DNA of 64,000 bases from Felis catus (GCF_018350175.1 NC_058368.1:120778001-120842000), one strand, 5' to 3'. Shown: positions 1 to 12,112, counted from the stretch's first letter. Notes: generated from the letters alone by a model not told the origin. Numbers and translations: made by a program.

Positions 1-400
1 TAACCTACAGAAGGCCTACGTGGCTGGTGGATAATTCTCAGATACAGTTTGTATACAGGACCAACAACTTGTTAGTAGATGGGACATAGAGAAAGAGAGA
101 AAGAGAAATCAGAGTGTTGTCCTATAGTAGCATCTTGAGATACTACCAGGCAGTGCCTGGTGCTGCCCCAGACTAAAATGAGAAAGCTAGCAAGACGAAC
201 AAGTTGAGGTGGCATTTGGGGGTCATGAATCCCATTTTTGGCATGTAATGTTTGAGATTCCTGTGAAACAACAAATTTGGGACATCAAAGAAGTAGTTGG
301 CTATATAGGTCTGAAACCAGATGGTGAGATTTCTGCCTTCACTCAGTTTTCAGTGCTGGAGGAGATTGAAGAATCTTTTATAATAGTCAAAGTTGATGGT
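1..400 (-). mobile_element. Ancient LINE-2 (L2) fragment
   Basis: Degenerate L2-like phrases (tttttggcatgtaatgtttgagattcctgtgaaaca...gtagttggctatataggtctgaa). Boundaries approximate. Confidence 0.5.
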
Positions 401-664
401 GTCAGGACCTTAAGTGGTGATACTTCACATGACTTAACCTAGGGAATATGAGTGATGGCAGCCATCGCAGCTTTTCCTCTTTGTCACAGGAAAGATAGTG
501 GACAAATGGAGATTCTGGTTGTGATTTTCAATCAAGTACTGTTACTACTATCAGTTATAGCAGAATCTCTTATTACTCTTGGAAAGTATAGCAGGGCATG
601 GACTTTGGAGTCAGGCTGCGTAGATTTGATTTTGAAATCTAGAGCCAGGGATATCCTTTAGCGA

Positions 665-1245
665 TACAAATGCAAATCAGATACTGTTATCCCACTGTTT
701 GAGTCTCTGTGATGGCTTCCTCCATACTACTTAAGAGGAAAATTACAATCCTTTCAATAGCCTACCAAAACTCCATATGATGCAGCCCTTGCTTGTCTCT
801 TCAGCCTCAATTCGTGGTATTTTCACCCTCATTCTCCAACTTCCAGACATATTACCCCTCCTCCATATTTAAATTCATTTTTTAGTTCTGTCCAACCTTA
901 AGAAATTAATTTGTTTATTCTGTCATCCCTAACATTCTCCATTTTTTCTTCTTTATCTTTGTGAATTCATTGTCTTATTCAGGTAAGTGTTCAGTTGACA
1001 CTTCTTCAAGAAGTCCTTCCTAGAACCCCCAGAGCAGATGAGTTCCCAGCATAGGCTCTAATAGTTCCTCGAGTATTTCCCTTTGTAGCAATTGTCATCA
1101 CATAATTAAATAATCACAGTCTCTCAGCCTGTAAGCTTCCTCATGGTAAGGACTGAGTTGTCTTAATATGTCCTTTTATCTTTAGTGCCTAGAACAGGGC
1201 CAGCCATGCTTCACTTGCTAGATAGTATTTGTGGAATGAAAACAT
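665..1245 (+). mobile_element. Ancient L2 3' portion
   Basis: aatgcaaatcagat...gatggcttcc...ctgtaagctt...agtgcctagaacagggc...tatttgtggaatgaa, typical of an L2 3' end. Confidence 0.6.
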
Positions 1246-2854
1246 GAATTTTTGACACTGGTCTGCCCCCCTCTGGATAGAGCAGATTTCTGTTCCAGGA
1301 TAGCTCATTTGCAAATGCCTAAAAATAAAAATGAAATGCAAACAAAATGTTCCTTGTCAGAATGAAGCTGCTGAGAAAGAGCAGTTTAAAAAGCTGATTC
1401 CGAGCAAAAGAACATGGAAAACTAATACTCCTTAAATAGCTTCTTAAATACAGTCATCAATCAAAAGTCATGTCTTTGTGGATCTTCATTACATGTGGAA
1501 CCTATTGAAAAATGCACAGCCCCTTATTGCAGAACACACAGTACGGTGCCTGGCAAAGAATTTACAGAAATTAAGGATTTAAACAGATACAGCTGATCCT
1601 AAAAACTTATGCTCCTATTGTCAATAAGGGGTAATAATTGAAGTTACCCAACTAATTTCTATTTTTTATAACATCTTGGCCACCTAAAAATATTAGCTAA
1701 GGGCCATGATGGAAAAACTGCTAATCCAGCACTTTCTAGCACAACAAGAAGCAACAATCTACCTCCTGGGCAGCCAGTCAGGAACTTGAGTAGAAAAGGC
1801 ATCAGTTACTAAGGCTGCACAATGTCCTGTTGGGAACTCTGCAAGAAACAGAACACTCAGGGCATGACTGCAAAATCCCCATGCTCAGATCAAAAATTAA
1901 ATATTAATTCAGATCAAACACCCCACAGTTTTTAATGCTGAATTGAGTTTATAGTTTGTCTTGTTGGGTTGTTTAATCAGACTGCATTCTGTCAAACCAG
2001 ATGTGTGTAAGATGTTAGAAATGAAAATTTATCAAAGGACACAATCGACTAAAGCTGGCCAGATAATTCTACAAGGCACAGTGGGTCCCTGGCAGGGAGC
2101 AGCAAGGAAGTGCAATGAGTCAGCTATTTGAACTGAAATGAGAAAAGGGACTTGGTCAAAGACATGGAAAATGTGAAGGTGGCAGCTTTCTTGGCAACAA
2201 TAACTATGATGATCACATGGATCACAAAACATTTTCCCATCACCTAGGTCATTTAACCTGCAAGATGCATCAGAGACAAGAAGAACCACAGATATGGATT
2301 GAGTCACGTCACTTGGTCAAGACGAATCAAAGCAGGTGAGTTGAATTATAGAAGGAGTTGGGAAAGTTCATTCTCCCCTACCCATATGGATATCTTATCA
2401 TTCTTTCCCTTAACACCTCTACTTCAGAGCCTTCATGGAGCCCCCATTTCTTAAAGTTTCTCTGTCTGGACTTCAGAGTCATCCATTATAGCCCACACCA
2501 CACCTGGCTGAATTTTTTTCCCATTGCCTTGGTGCTTTTCCTTCACTCTTAAAGGCCCCACACTAAAGTACCATCTACATGATCCAGTCATTCACACCTC
2601 CATGCCTTCACCACACCAGTCCTCTAGCTTACTGCCCCTTCTGCTCTGCCCATCCAAGGCTTAGCTCAGATACCACTTCCTCCAGAAAGACTTTCCTAGC
2701 GATCTTTTTCATTTTCTGAACAACCAGAACATTACACTTTTAAGTATTAAAAATTATTGGACATTATTAGATATTGTTTTAAGTGACTTGATGTTCTCAT
2801 ATTCATGTTTTTGGGTTTTTGGGGGGAAGGTCTATTGGTGAAGTGCTTTTATTC

Positions 2855-2942
2855 CTTCTATTGAAGTATAGTTGACATACAACATTATATTTCAAGCGGA
2901 CAACATAGTGATTCAACAGTTATGTACATTGTGAATTGCTCA
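2855..2942 (-). mobile_element. Short L1 3'-end fragment (carnivore/L1MA-type)
   Basis: tattgaagtatagttgacatacaacattatatt...caacatagtgattcaaca resembles an L1 3' terminus; a homologous piece lies at 34905-35085. Confidence 0.55.
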
Positions 2943-3619
2943 TTTGCTTTTGTCTTTCAAACTATACAACTTTAGGGTAGACACTGTGTCTTGAGTCTTC
3001 TTGTTGTACCCTGCAGTGGTTCATTCTGTGTTGAGCTCACAATAGTGTGGAACACACTTATTTGATTAATCTTCCTTTTTTCTATCATGAGTGTATGTTG
3101 AGAAAAACCTTAGAGGGACAGATTAGAATCTGCAAAGTTTGATACAACAAAATTTCAGGATTAATTTCCAGTCATTCCCTTGACAACTGCCTGCATAATA
3201 TCCCCTCCATTATTTTTTAAAGCTAGTTTATATTTTAATGCAGTGATAGAATATTGGACAGCTCTCAAGAGTAAAATTATTATCAAAGAGAAACTTTCCA
3301 CTTCAAAACCAAGAAAAACTCAGCTATTTGTGTTAGATAAGGAGGCAGGGAGAAGAAGGAATGATGATTGGTATCAAAACAAATGTACCTGGAAAAGCAA
3401 CACACAGATTGGAAGGACTGGCCTTTGTCCTTGCTTTCATAAATTAACCTGTGATCCCCAGAAAATCAGCAGCTTTCTGAGCATCAAATTAAATACACTA
3501 CCTCACTATCTGCATATGTAATATCCTAATTAGTTTGTTCTACATTATAATTCTCATAACATTCTTCTATGAGTATATGGAGTTCCCTGAGTCCAAACTT
3601 ACCCCTTTAGCACACTCTC

Positions 3620-4225
3620 CTTCACAGATCCAGTATACTTTCTTAAAAGATAGATATTATCATGTCACCTTCCTGTTGAAAGCCCTCAATGACTCTCTAT
3701 CACTGTAAAGAAAAAGTCCATACTCATTAGCATGGTGTGTAAGGCCCTTCATAACCTGTTTTCTACTTAAATCTCTCAGTTCTTTGCCTCTAAACTACCC
3801 CCCTTCCCCACCCTCCAGGCAGACTTAATTTATTTAATTTACTGCAACTCACATGTGCATTATCACATCTCTAAGCTTCCACATGTTGAATTTTTACTGA
3901 GAATTTTCTGCCTATATCCAAACCTTTAATTTGATAACTTTTTATTCTTTGCACCTCAATTTTGACATCCTTTCCTCCCAGAAACCGTCCTGACTCCAAT
4001 TCCAAGTTAGATGACCAGCTTATATTCTCCAATACACACTCTTTATTTACCCCACCGTGGCATGGATCACAGTGGGCTGTAAATTTCTGATTCCTTGTCT
4101 GTGTCCCATCCAGACTGTAATCTCCTTTTAGACAGAGACTGTATTTTTCTTTTTGAGTGAGGTATTTCCAGAGTCTAGCATAGTCCTTAGCCTGTCATGT
4201 AAATGCTCAGTAAGTAGTTATGAAA
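3620..4225 (+). mobile_element. Ancient L2 3' portion
   Basis: tatcatgtcaccttcctgttgaaagccctcaatgactc...agactgtaatctcc...aatgctcagtaagtagttatgaa. Confidence 0.55.
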
Positions 4226-4425
4226 GCAAGAAAGGAAGAGAAAAAGGGGAAGAGTGTGGACAGAAGGAAACATGAAGGAGAAAGGCATGGAGAAAGGAAT
4301 GTAGAAAAGAAGGAATGCAGGAAGGAAAGAAGTAAGGAAGGAAAAATGAAGGAGCAGAAGGGGAGGGAGGGAGCAAGTCAGAAAATAAGCAAACCATGAA
4401 TGGAGGGAAGCAGAAGATGGAAAAT
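4225..4425. repeat. Purine-rich (GA/GGAA) low-complexity tract
   Basis: Directly visible: gaaggaaagaagtaaggaaggaaaaa etc. Confidence 0.8.
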
Positions 4426-4984
4426 AATTATTATTTCTGGGGCAAACAAATCAATGTCCTAGCTTTTCCCAAAGATGAAATCATTTCCTGGGTGATAAGA
4501 AGATGAAGTCGTCAGATTCTTTTGTGAAAAATACTAAAACTCTCCCCATGAATGAAGTCTCTAGATTTTAAGCAGTTGTTCTTTTCAGCAAAACATGTGC
4601 AACTAACATTACATTATGTTAGTAATAAGTTCTGTAGTTTTGAACATTACATACTAATGCTGCCAAAAGGGATTTATGTTGAGATCTGAGACCCCTGAGA
4701 TAGTGACATGTAACTTATTTACTTCCTAAACACAGAATTTTATTTGAATTGGAAAGGGGTAACCTCAAAATCATGTTGCATAATATTTTGATACAAAAAA
4801 AAAACCATGCTGCAATATGGCCTCAAGAGATGCATGACATATGTTATTTAGATCAGTCCAGGAGGCAACTGTTGACAGAATGGCTAGAGAAACCCTGATT
4901 AAATGAGATTATCAAGTCAAAATTCACAGTCTTCATCACTTTACAGTTTATAAAATGTTTTCAAGTGCTTAAGAGCATCTGTTT

Positions 4985-5715
4985 CTTCCAACCACAGATC
5001 ATTCTTCTCTTCTGTTTAGAACCACCCATGGTTTCCTGTGGCTCTTAGAATAAAGCTCATATACCTTATCATGACCTCAAGGCCCCATGTGGTCTAGCCC
5101 CTGCCTTCTCCAACTGCATCTTATAAATGCTACTAAAAATAACTCATGTGCAAGTTATTACTGAGACATGATGAGTTACGGATGCCAGAATGCACATCAA
5201 CTCTATAACAAAGCATGCTGGTACACGTTCACTTTCTTTTTTTAGCAAAACTTTCTCAGTGAATGAAGACTTGTATTGATTTACACTCCTGTGCAAGCTC
5301 CTAAGTTCATTGCAAACTATAAACAAAGAATGTGAAGATGACCACTCATCTATGGACCACATGTTGAGAAGTAATGCTTACAGCTTTTCTTGCCTTCTGT
5401 CAGTCTCTTAACAACACTAGTCTTCATACTTGAGAACCATTATATGGCATCATTTTTGGTGACCTGCTACCCTTCAGTCAGGTAATCATGATCTCCTTAA
5501 CAAGTCTTTTCCTGACTGCCCTACCTAAAGTAGCACCCTCAAGCTCCAGTACAATTGCTTCTTTATTTATTTTCTAGCACTTATTGCAATGGTCAATTAT
5601 CATTTTGCTTTTCTTCTGCTTTTTTATCATATGTCTGCCACAAGACTTCTCCCCTAACAACAACCAAAAGTGCTTAGCGCATAATAAAAGGACAGTAAAT
5701 ATTCACTGAGTGAAC
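4985..5715 (+). mobile_element. Ancient L2 fragment interrupted by a hAT element
   Basis: L2-like text on both sides of 5125-5378, ending gtaaatattcactgagtgaa. Confidence 0.45.
5125..5378. mobile_element. hAT-Charlie non-autonomous DNA transposon relic (MER119-like)
   Basis: tttacactcctgtgcaagctcct...ggaccacatgttgagaagtaatgct resembles a MER119/MER5-type terminus from memory; not database-checked. Confidence 0.4.
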
Positions 5716-6159
5716 AATATAACAACTCCGTGAGGTAGGAGTTATAATCCCAATTTTATAGATGAAGATGTTGAAGGAAAGGGAGTTTAAATGTCTCTTG
5801 AAGCAGCGATCTTTTACAGTTTTTTCTTACTATAGAGTTAAAAAAGGACTTGCATAAATTTGAGCCCTTAGTATTATGTATTAAGTAGCACAGCATCTGT
5901 GGTGGGAAGAACATCACTCAAAATGATTAATGACTAGTGACTAGTGCAGCATCATTCAAAACTAAGGGATAAAGGGCAAGAAAACAAAACCATGTCTTCT
6001 AAATCCAAGATTTGTTTCTATTAAAGTGGATAACGATGACCTTCTAAGAGTGCATAAAAAGTCCTCCAAAAAGTGATATATCTGCTTTTAAGGGAATACA
6101 GTGTTAGGCAAATCTTTATTGGATGTAAAAGGAATTAGAGTGTTGAGAAAGATGGGGAG

Positions 6160-6410
6160 AGTCTTGGTTCAGGTTTGAGTATCACAATGCAAAAGAAAGA
6201 TCAGGTACTTTGTCCAGGTTCACCTGCCCTTTATTGTCCATATGACATTGGGCCAGTGGCTTCAACAGTCTGAATGAAGTATTTTCAGTAAAATAATATC
6301 AATTACCTCTAAAATGTATTATGAGGATTAAACAAAAGTATGGAAACAAAGTCCCTTGAGCGGATTTGGCAAAGAGTAGGTACTCAGTTTCAGTAAATGC
6401 TAATTATCTA
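6160..6410 (+). mobile_element. MIR SINE relic
   Basis: tatgacattgggccagtggcttcaacagtctga...tattatgaggattaaa MIR core. Confidence 0.5.
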
Positions 6411-7004
6411 CCCCTTCTTCTTTTCTTATCTCTATACTAAAAAGCAGTGGCATGACCATAGGTCACAAAGAACAAAACTCAGATACATAGTCACTGTACT
6501 ATAATTTACTCCAGGGAAGACTGCTCATAAAAATTATTGTTTCTCAGTCTACATAGGGGAATAAATTGTAATCAGACTAATAGGTGATAACAGATGAAGA
6601 TAATCTCTGAAGCCTCATGCTTGGTTTTATCTTCATTGGATACTACTGGTAGAAGTAGAAAAGGACTTCACAGGTAATTCAGGTTAGTTCAGAAAACATA
6701 GACTTCATTTGTCTAATACTACCAAGACCTAAAGGCCCCCCAAAAAAGGGGGGCTCACTTTTGCTTCCAAAACTTTTCTTTAATGTAATTCATTACATTT
6801 ATAAAGTCTCATTGGACAATAGGCTTCTAGTTCTGACACATAAACATATCCCTCAATCTTGGTTTCCTCAGCTCTCTGTGATGGTTATAATATATGTCCT
6901 ACCTACCCCATGATAAAGTAGGAACCAGGTGTCTTTGTAGCAGGACTCCTTAAATTAAGGTCTATGGCTATTCTTCATAGATCCACAATCCCTAAAATTG
7001 TATA

Positions 7005-7107
7005 CAAAATCAAGAAAAAGAAGGAAAAGCCATCCAATAAAATGTAGGGAAGAATTAAAGCTGTCACTGTTTGCAAATGACATGATACTATATATAGAAA
7101 ACCCTAG
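7005..7107 (+). mobile_element. Old L1 ORF2 (RT-domain) fragment
   Basis: ctgtcactgtttgcaaatgacatgatactatatatagaaaaccct encodes [15 protein letters not shown], homologous to the L1 RT FADD motif. Confidence 0.75.
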
Positions 7108-7397
7108 GAAAGAAGCAGCATGGGGACCCTGAGCTTGTCTCATCCCTGAAATGCAACTAGATCATCACGAAACCCTTTTGAACACCTAGGAAGTTGATCT
7201 GAGGATTAACGCAACAATCTACAGAACTCAAGTCACGGAACCTGGCAGGTATGCAGTGCAGAGAGGTGCATTGGAAGAGAGAAAAGTCGTGGAGGATAGG
7301 TATCCATTTTTATGGAAAGAGAGGACCAAGAGAGAAAGAAAAGGAGAGATGAAGCACACCTGGATTGCACTAGAAAAGCACTCTCCCTGAAAGTAGC

Positions 7398-7991
7398 TGT
7401 GCTTCAGGCTTTTTTTTTTTTTTTTACCTCAGTGCCCACAGTTGGTTGTCTTACCACTTTGAGGAATGAAGAGGTAGACACAAAATAAAATAAGCAGCAG
7501 GCAAAAGTTTATTAGAGTATAAGATAACATCACAAAGTAAGAATAGTATGAAAGCTCTCTTTACAGAGATGCATCATTCGAACCCATGACAATAGGCAAG
7601 AGTTTTTGTTTTATAAAGTTCTGGTCAGCCCTTCTTTCCCATCCCCCTCCTTCCTTCTCAGGTCCTACCCATATTATTGGCTTGATAACTCTAGGTGCTG
7701 TGTTGTCCATTCCTGATTAGCTCGATTCCATTGTATGAGGGGTGGTCAATGGCCATATCATTCCTGTGGGTCATAGGTTTTATGGTCTACTAATTTTTAG
7801 TTAGGGCTTTTGTCAAATTCCTGAATGAATAGGTGGTATCTCTTACTTTCTTAAGGGGAAACTTACGTTGAGAGGGTTTGTTGTGGTCAGACGCTCCCAG
7901 CATTGATCCAAAATATGTGTTTTTCCCCCACCAAAAATCTCAGGTCCTAATCTTTCCCTCTCTTCCTACTGAATCCTATCTTTTCTTATCA
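7398..7991 (-). mobile_element. ERV solo LTR (594 bp, ERV1-like)
   Basis: TG...CA termini and 4-bp TSD tagc (7394-7397, 7992-7995). The host L1 5'UTR is collinear with the 29401-29470 homolog once it is removed. Minus-strand CCAAT 7676-7680, TATAAAA 7609-7615 and AATAAA 7508-7513 are in LTR order. Confidence 0.85.
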
Positions 7992-9272
7992 TAGCTGGAT
8001 AGAAAGAGAAAAACTAAAAACACTCACCGGGAACAGAAAAATAAATCTGTTGCCCAAAACCAGTGATGGGGAGAAATAAGAGGGTTTCAATACCACCAGG
8101 ATTCTCTGAACAATGGAATGCAGACTCTGAAGGTTCAGAGATCAGTGCCTGGAGATGCTCTGGTGAGGAAGTAAGGCAAATCCTCAAGAGCAGGCAGTGA
8201 GGCCTTAGGGGTTCATGTGCCACACGGAGAGAAGCAGTTCCCCTGGTTGGAGTGCGTTTGTCAGAGGTCATATAGCCTCCACACAGGCAGAGGTCTGGGC
8301 AGACCTGAGAGAGAAACCATGTTTGCTGGTATTGGGACAAAGGTGCCAGAGTGCTGCAAAACCTGGCACTGGCTATGTGTTGTGATTTGCTATATTCTCT
8401 GAACCTCTGCCACTGTGCGATCACAAGAACATTTTCTGGGGTAAGCCGTACCCAGCCATTGCTCAACAAGACCTCCCCCAGGGAGTCATTTCTGGTCCAA
8501 GCAATGGGAGTGTCTGAAGTGTGGAGTTTTGAGACGCAACCCTATCTAAGATGAAACTCTGGAGGAAGGTGCTATCTGGCAGGTAGACAGCTGGGCATGA
8601 TGCAGAGGCGAGGAGTGGAGAGAGACCTGAGACAAGGGAAGGGTGCTTGATCCAAGGCTCTGAGAGCTCAAATTTCCTGCACCAGAGACTAGGCAGCTGT
8701 ATGAACTTATTTTCACCTCTACTGCGCACGTGCATGTGCGTATACACACGGATCCACCCCAGTAATCTAGGCAGTGCCACCTAGTAGAGAATGGATCTCT
8801 TACACCAAGCCCCACCCAATTGCGCCCGCCAGGCACATATCCCAGAACAGCACAAATTCTTCCACCTGCTTATAGTGTAAGGACTATATAGTGCTTCATA
8901 GTTTCAGTTCTAGGGGAAAGTGAATGTAACTTCATTTGGGTTTCATTCTGTTTCCTGGTTTATTTGTTCATTTTATAAGCTTCTGTTTTTGTTTAAATTG
9001 TTTTCTTTCTTTCTTTTCTTTTCTTTTTCTTTCTGGATACAGAAAGAGCAAATACTTTTTTTTTAATTTTTAACTTTTTTATTCCATCTTATTTTATTCT
9101 ATTTACTATTTAAATGTTTTTTTAATTTTGAAATTTTTTAACCATTTTTTTCTTTCCTTTGTCTTTTTTCTCTGTTCCACCAAGTTTTTTCAACAAGCAG
9201 ATTGAAACATACCTAGGATCTAGCTTCTTTTATGTGATATTCTTTTGTTTTGTTTTTCATTTCTTCATTTTT

Positions 9273-9488
9273 GGGGCGCTTGGGTGGCGCAGTCAGTTAA
9301 GCGTCTGACTTCAGCCAGGTCACGATCTCGCGGTCCGTGAGTTCGAGCCCCGCGACAGGCTCTGGGCTGATGGCTCAGAGCCTGGAGCCTGTTTCCGATT
9401 CTGTGTCTCCCTCTCTCTGTGCCCCTCCCCTGTTCATGCTCTGTCTCTCTCTGTCCCAAAAATAAATAAACGTTGAAAAAAATTTTTA
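9273..9488 (+). mobile_element. Young felid Can-SINE (SINEC_Fc-type)
   Basis: ggggcgcttgggtggcgcagtcagttaagcgtc head, CT tract, aataaa; 14-bp TSD atttcttcattttt at 9259-9272 and 9489-9502. Confidence 0.95.
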
Positions 9489-9537
9489 ATTTCTTCATTT
9501 TTATTTTTTATTATATTAACTTTTTGCTTTCTCCAAA

Positions 9538-10652
9538 ATGACAACATGGAAGAATTCACACCAAAAGGAAGAACAGGAAGAAATGATGGCTAGGGATTTA
9601 ATTGACACAATTAATATAAATAAGATGTCTGAATTTAATACCACGAATTTAGGAATACTAGCTGGGGTTGATAAAAGCATAGAAAACACCAGAGAACACA
9701 AGAGAATCACTTTCTGAGGAGATAAAGTAACTAAAATCTCATCAGGCCAAAATTAAAAATGGTATACCTGAGATGCAATCTCAAATAGTTGTTGTGACAG
9801 CAGGGATGGACGAAGCAGAGCAGCAAATAGTGATATAGAAGACAAAATTATGTAGAATAATGAAAAAGAAAAAAAGAGGGAAATAAAGGCAAAAGATCAC
9901 AATACAACACTTAGAGAACTCAGTGGTTTATTAAAATATAATAAAATCTGGAGCTCTTGGGGTCTTAGTCATTTCAACGTCCGACTCTTGGTTTTAGCTC
10001 AGGTCATGATCTCATGATTCATGGGACTGAGCCCTGTATTGGGCTCTGTGCTGGCACTACGGAGCTTACTTGGGATACTCTGTTTCCATCTCTCACTGCC
10101 CGTCCCTAACTCACACTGTCTGTCTCTCTCAAAATAAACTTAAAAAAAATCTTTATAAAAAAAGGAATAATACCCAAATATAGGAGTCTGAGAAGATGAA
10201 GAGAGACAAAAAGGGACAGAAGGTTTATGTGAGCAAATTATAGCAGAAAACTTTCCTAATCTGGGGAAGGACACAGACATCAAAATCCAAGAAGCATAGA
10301 GAATTCCCATTATATACACACTGACCATCACCAAGGCATATTACTGTCAAATTCACAAATACACAGACAAGGAAAGAATTATGAAAGCAGCAAGGTAAAA
10401 AGTCCTTAACCTACAAGGGAAGACAGATCAGGTTTGCAGCAAACTTATCCACAGAAACTTGGCAGGCCAGAAAGGAGTAGCAGGATATATTCAATGTGCT
10501 GAATTGGAAAAATATGCAGCCAAGAATTCTTTATCCCCCAAAGCTCTCATTCAGAACAGAAGTAGACACAAAAAGTTTCCAGGACAAACAGAACTAAGGA
10601 GTTTGTGACCACTAAACTAGCCTTGCAAGAAATTTTAAGGGTGACTCTCTGA
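9538..10652 (+). pseudogene. Degenerate L1 ORF1 (RNA-binding protein), SINE-interrupted
   Basis: Fragments such as EQIIAENFPNLGKDTDIKIQEA and NWKNMQPRIL are recognisable; multiple stops and frameshifts. Confidence 0.8.
9950..10163 (+). mobile_element. Older Can-SINE inside L1 ORF1
   Basis: cgtccgactcttggttttagctcaggtcatgatctc...ctctctcaaaataaac plus A tail. Confidence 0.85.
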
Positions 10653-10735
10653 GAAAAGACAAAACAAAACAAAAAAGACCAAAAGCAACAAAGACTAGAA
10701 AGGACCAGAGAACATCACCAGAAACACCAATTTAA

Positions 10736-10825
10736 CATTAATAATAATGAATAATAATAAGTAATAATAAATGAAATATTTATTAATATGAAAAAATTAA
10801 ATTAATAAAAAATAAAACAAAAGAA
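10736..10825. repeat. AT/A-rich low-complexity tract ((AAT)n-like)
   Basis: ataataatgaataataataagtaataataa...aataaaacaaaa directly visible. Confidence 0.8.
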
Positions 10826-10891
10826 ATGGTCACCGTTGGCACCTTTCCTAAAGCATGATTTAGCAGTATCTATCAAAGAAAAGTAAACCTT

Positions 10892-11113
10892 GGGACACCT
10901 GAGTGGCTCAGTCGGTTAAGCATCCAACTTTGTCTCAGGTCATGATCTCATGGTTTGTGAATTCAAGCCCTGAGTCGGGTTCTATGCTGACAGCTCAGAG
11001 CCTGGAGTCTGCTTCAGATTATGTGTCTCCCTCTCTCTCTCTGCCCCTCCCCCATTCTCTCCCTCTCTCTCTCTCTCAAAAATAAATACACATTAAAAAA
11101 TTTTTAAAAAAAC
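10892..11113 (+). mobile_element. Can-SINE
   Basis: tRNA-derived head, CT tract, aataaa; 11-bp TSD aagtaaacctt at 10881-10891 and 11114-11124. Confidence 0.95.
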
Positions 11114-11892
11114 AAGTAAACCTTAAAATTGTTCTTCTGTCCATGAGGATGGAATGTGTTGCCATTTTTTTGTCTTCTTCAATTTCTTTCATCAGTGTTT
11201 TATAATTTTCAGAATACAGTATAACACCTCTTTGGTTAGGTTTATTCCTAGGTATCTTATTTTTTTGGTGTATTTGTAAGTGGGATTGCTTTCTTAATTT
11301 CCCTTTCTGCTGCTTTTCTTATTGGTATACAGAAATGAAACAGATTTCTGTAGATTGACTTTGTATCCTGTAACTGCTTAATTCATTTACCAGTTCTAGC
11401 AGTTTTTTGGTGGCGTCTTTCAAGTTTTCTATATACAGTATCATGTCATCTGCAAATAGTGAAGGTTTTACTTCTTCCTTACCAGTTGAGATACCTTTTA
11501 TTTATTTTTGTTGTCTGATTGCTGTGCTGGGGACTCCCAGTACTGTGTTGAAGAAAAGTAACAGTGGACATTCTAATCTTGCTCCTGATCTTAGAGGAAA
11601 AGCTCTGTTTTTCCACATTAAGGATGATGTTAACTGTGGAGTTTTCACAGATGGCCTTTATATGTCGAGGTGTGTTTCCACTAAACTTATTTTCTTGATA
11701 GTTTTTCTTTTTAAATCATGAATGGATGTTGTACTCTGTCAAATGCTTTTTCTGCATCTATCGAAAAGATCATATGCTATCTTAACCTTTCTCTTATTGA
11801 TGTGATGTATCACATTGATTGATTTGCAAATATTGAACTACCCTAGCAACCCAATAATAAATCCTACTTTATTGTGGTTAATGGTCTTTTTT

Positions 11893-12112
11893 TATTTTAA
11901 TGTTTCTATTTTTTTTATTTTGAGAAAGAGCAAGAGAGAGAGAGAGAAAGCAGGAGTTGGGCAGGGGCAGAGAGGGAGAGAGAGAATCCCAGCAGTCTGC
12001 ACACTGTCAGCCCAGAGCTCTATGTGGGACTTGAACTCATGAACCATGAGATCATGGCCTGAGCTGATATCAAGAGTCAGATGCTCAACTGACTGAGCCA
12101 CACAGGCACCTG
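11893..12112 (-). mobile_element. Can-SINE
   Basis: Minus-strand SINE; imperfect TSD ggttaatggtcttttt / ggtgagtggtcttttt. Confidence 0.9.

Larger units (their letters stand above)
7108..10735 (+). mobile_element. Carnivore LINE-1, 5'UTR plus degenerate ORF1 only (3' part absent)
   Basis: 5'UTR aligns by eye with the reverse complement of 28076-29725. ORF1 runs from ATG 9538 (MTTWKNSHQKEEQEEM...) to a stop near 10652, then the inter-ORF spacer. Interrupted by an LTR and two SINEs. Confidence 0.85.

Noticed and set aside
6734..6755. ggccccccaaaaaaggggggct hairpin resembling a terminator
   Set aside because: Homopolymer-based and isolated; intrinsic terminators are not relevant in this eukaryotic context.
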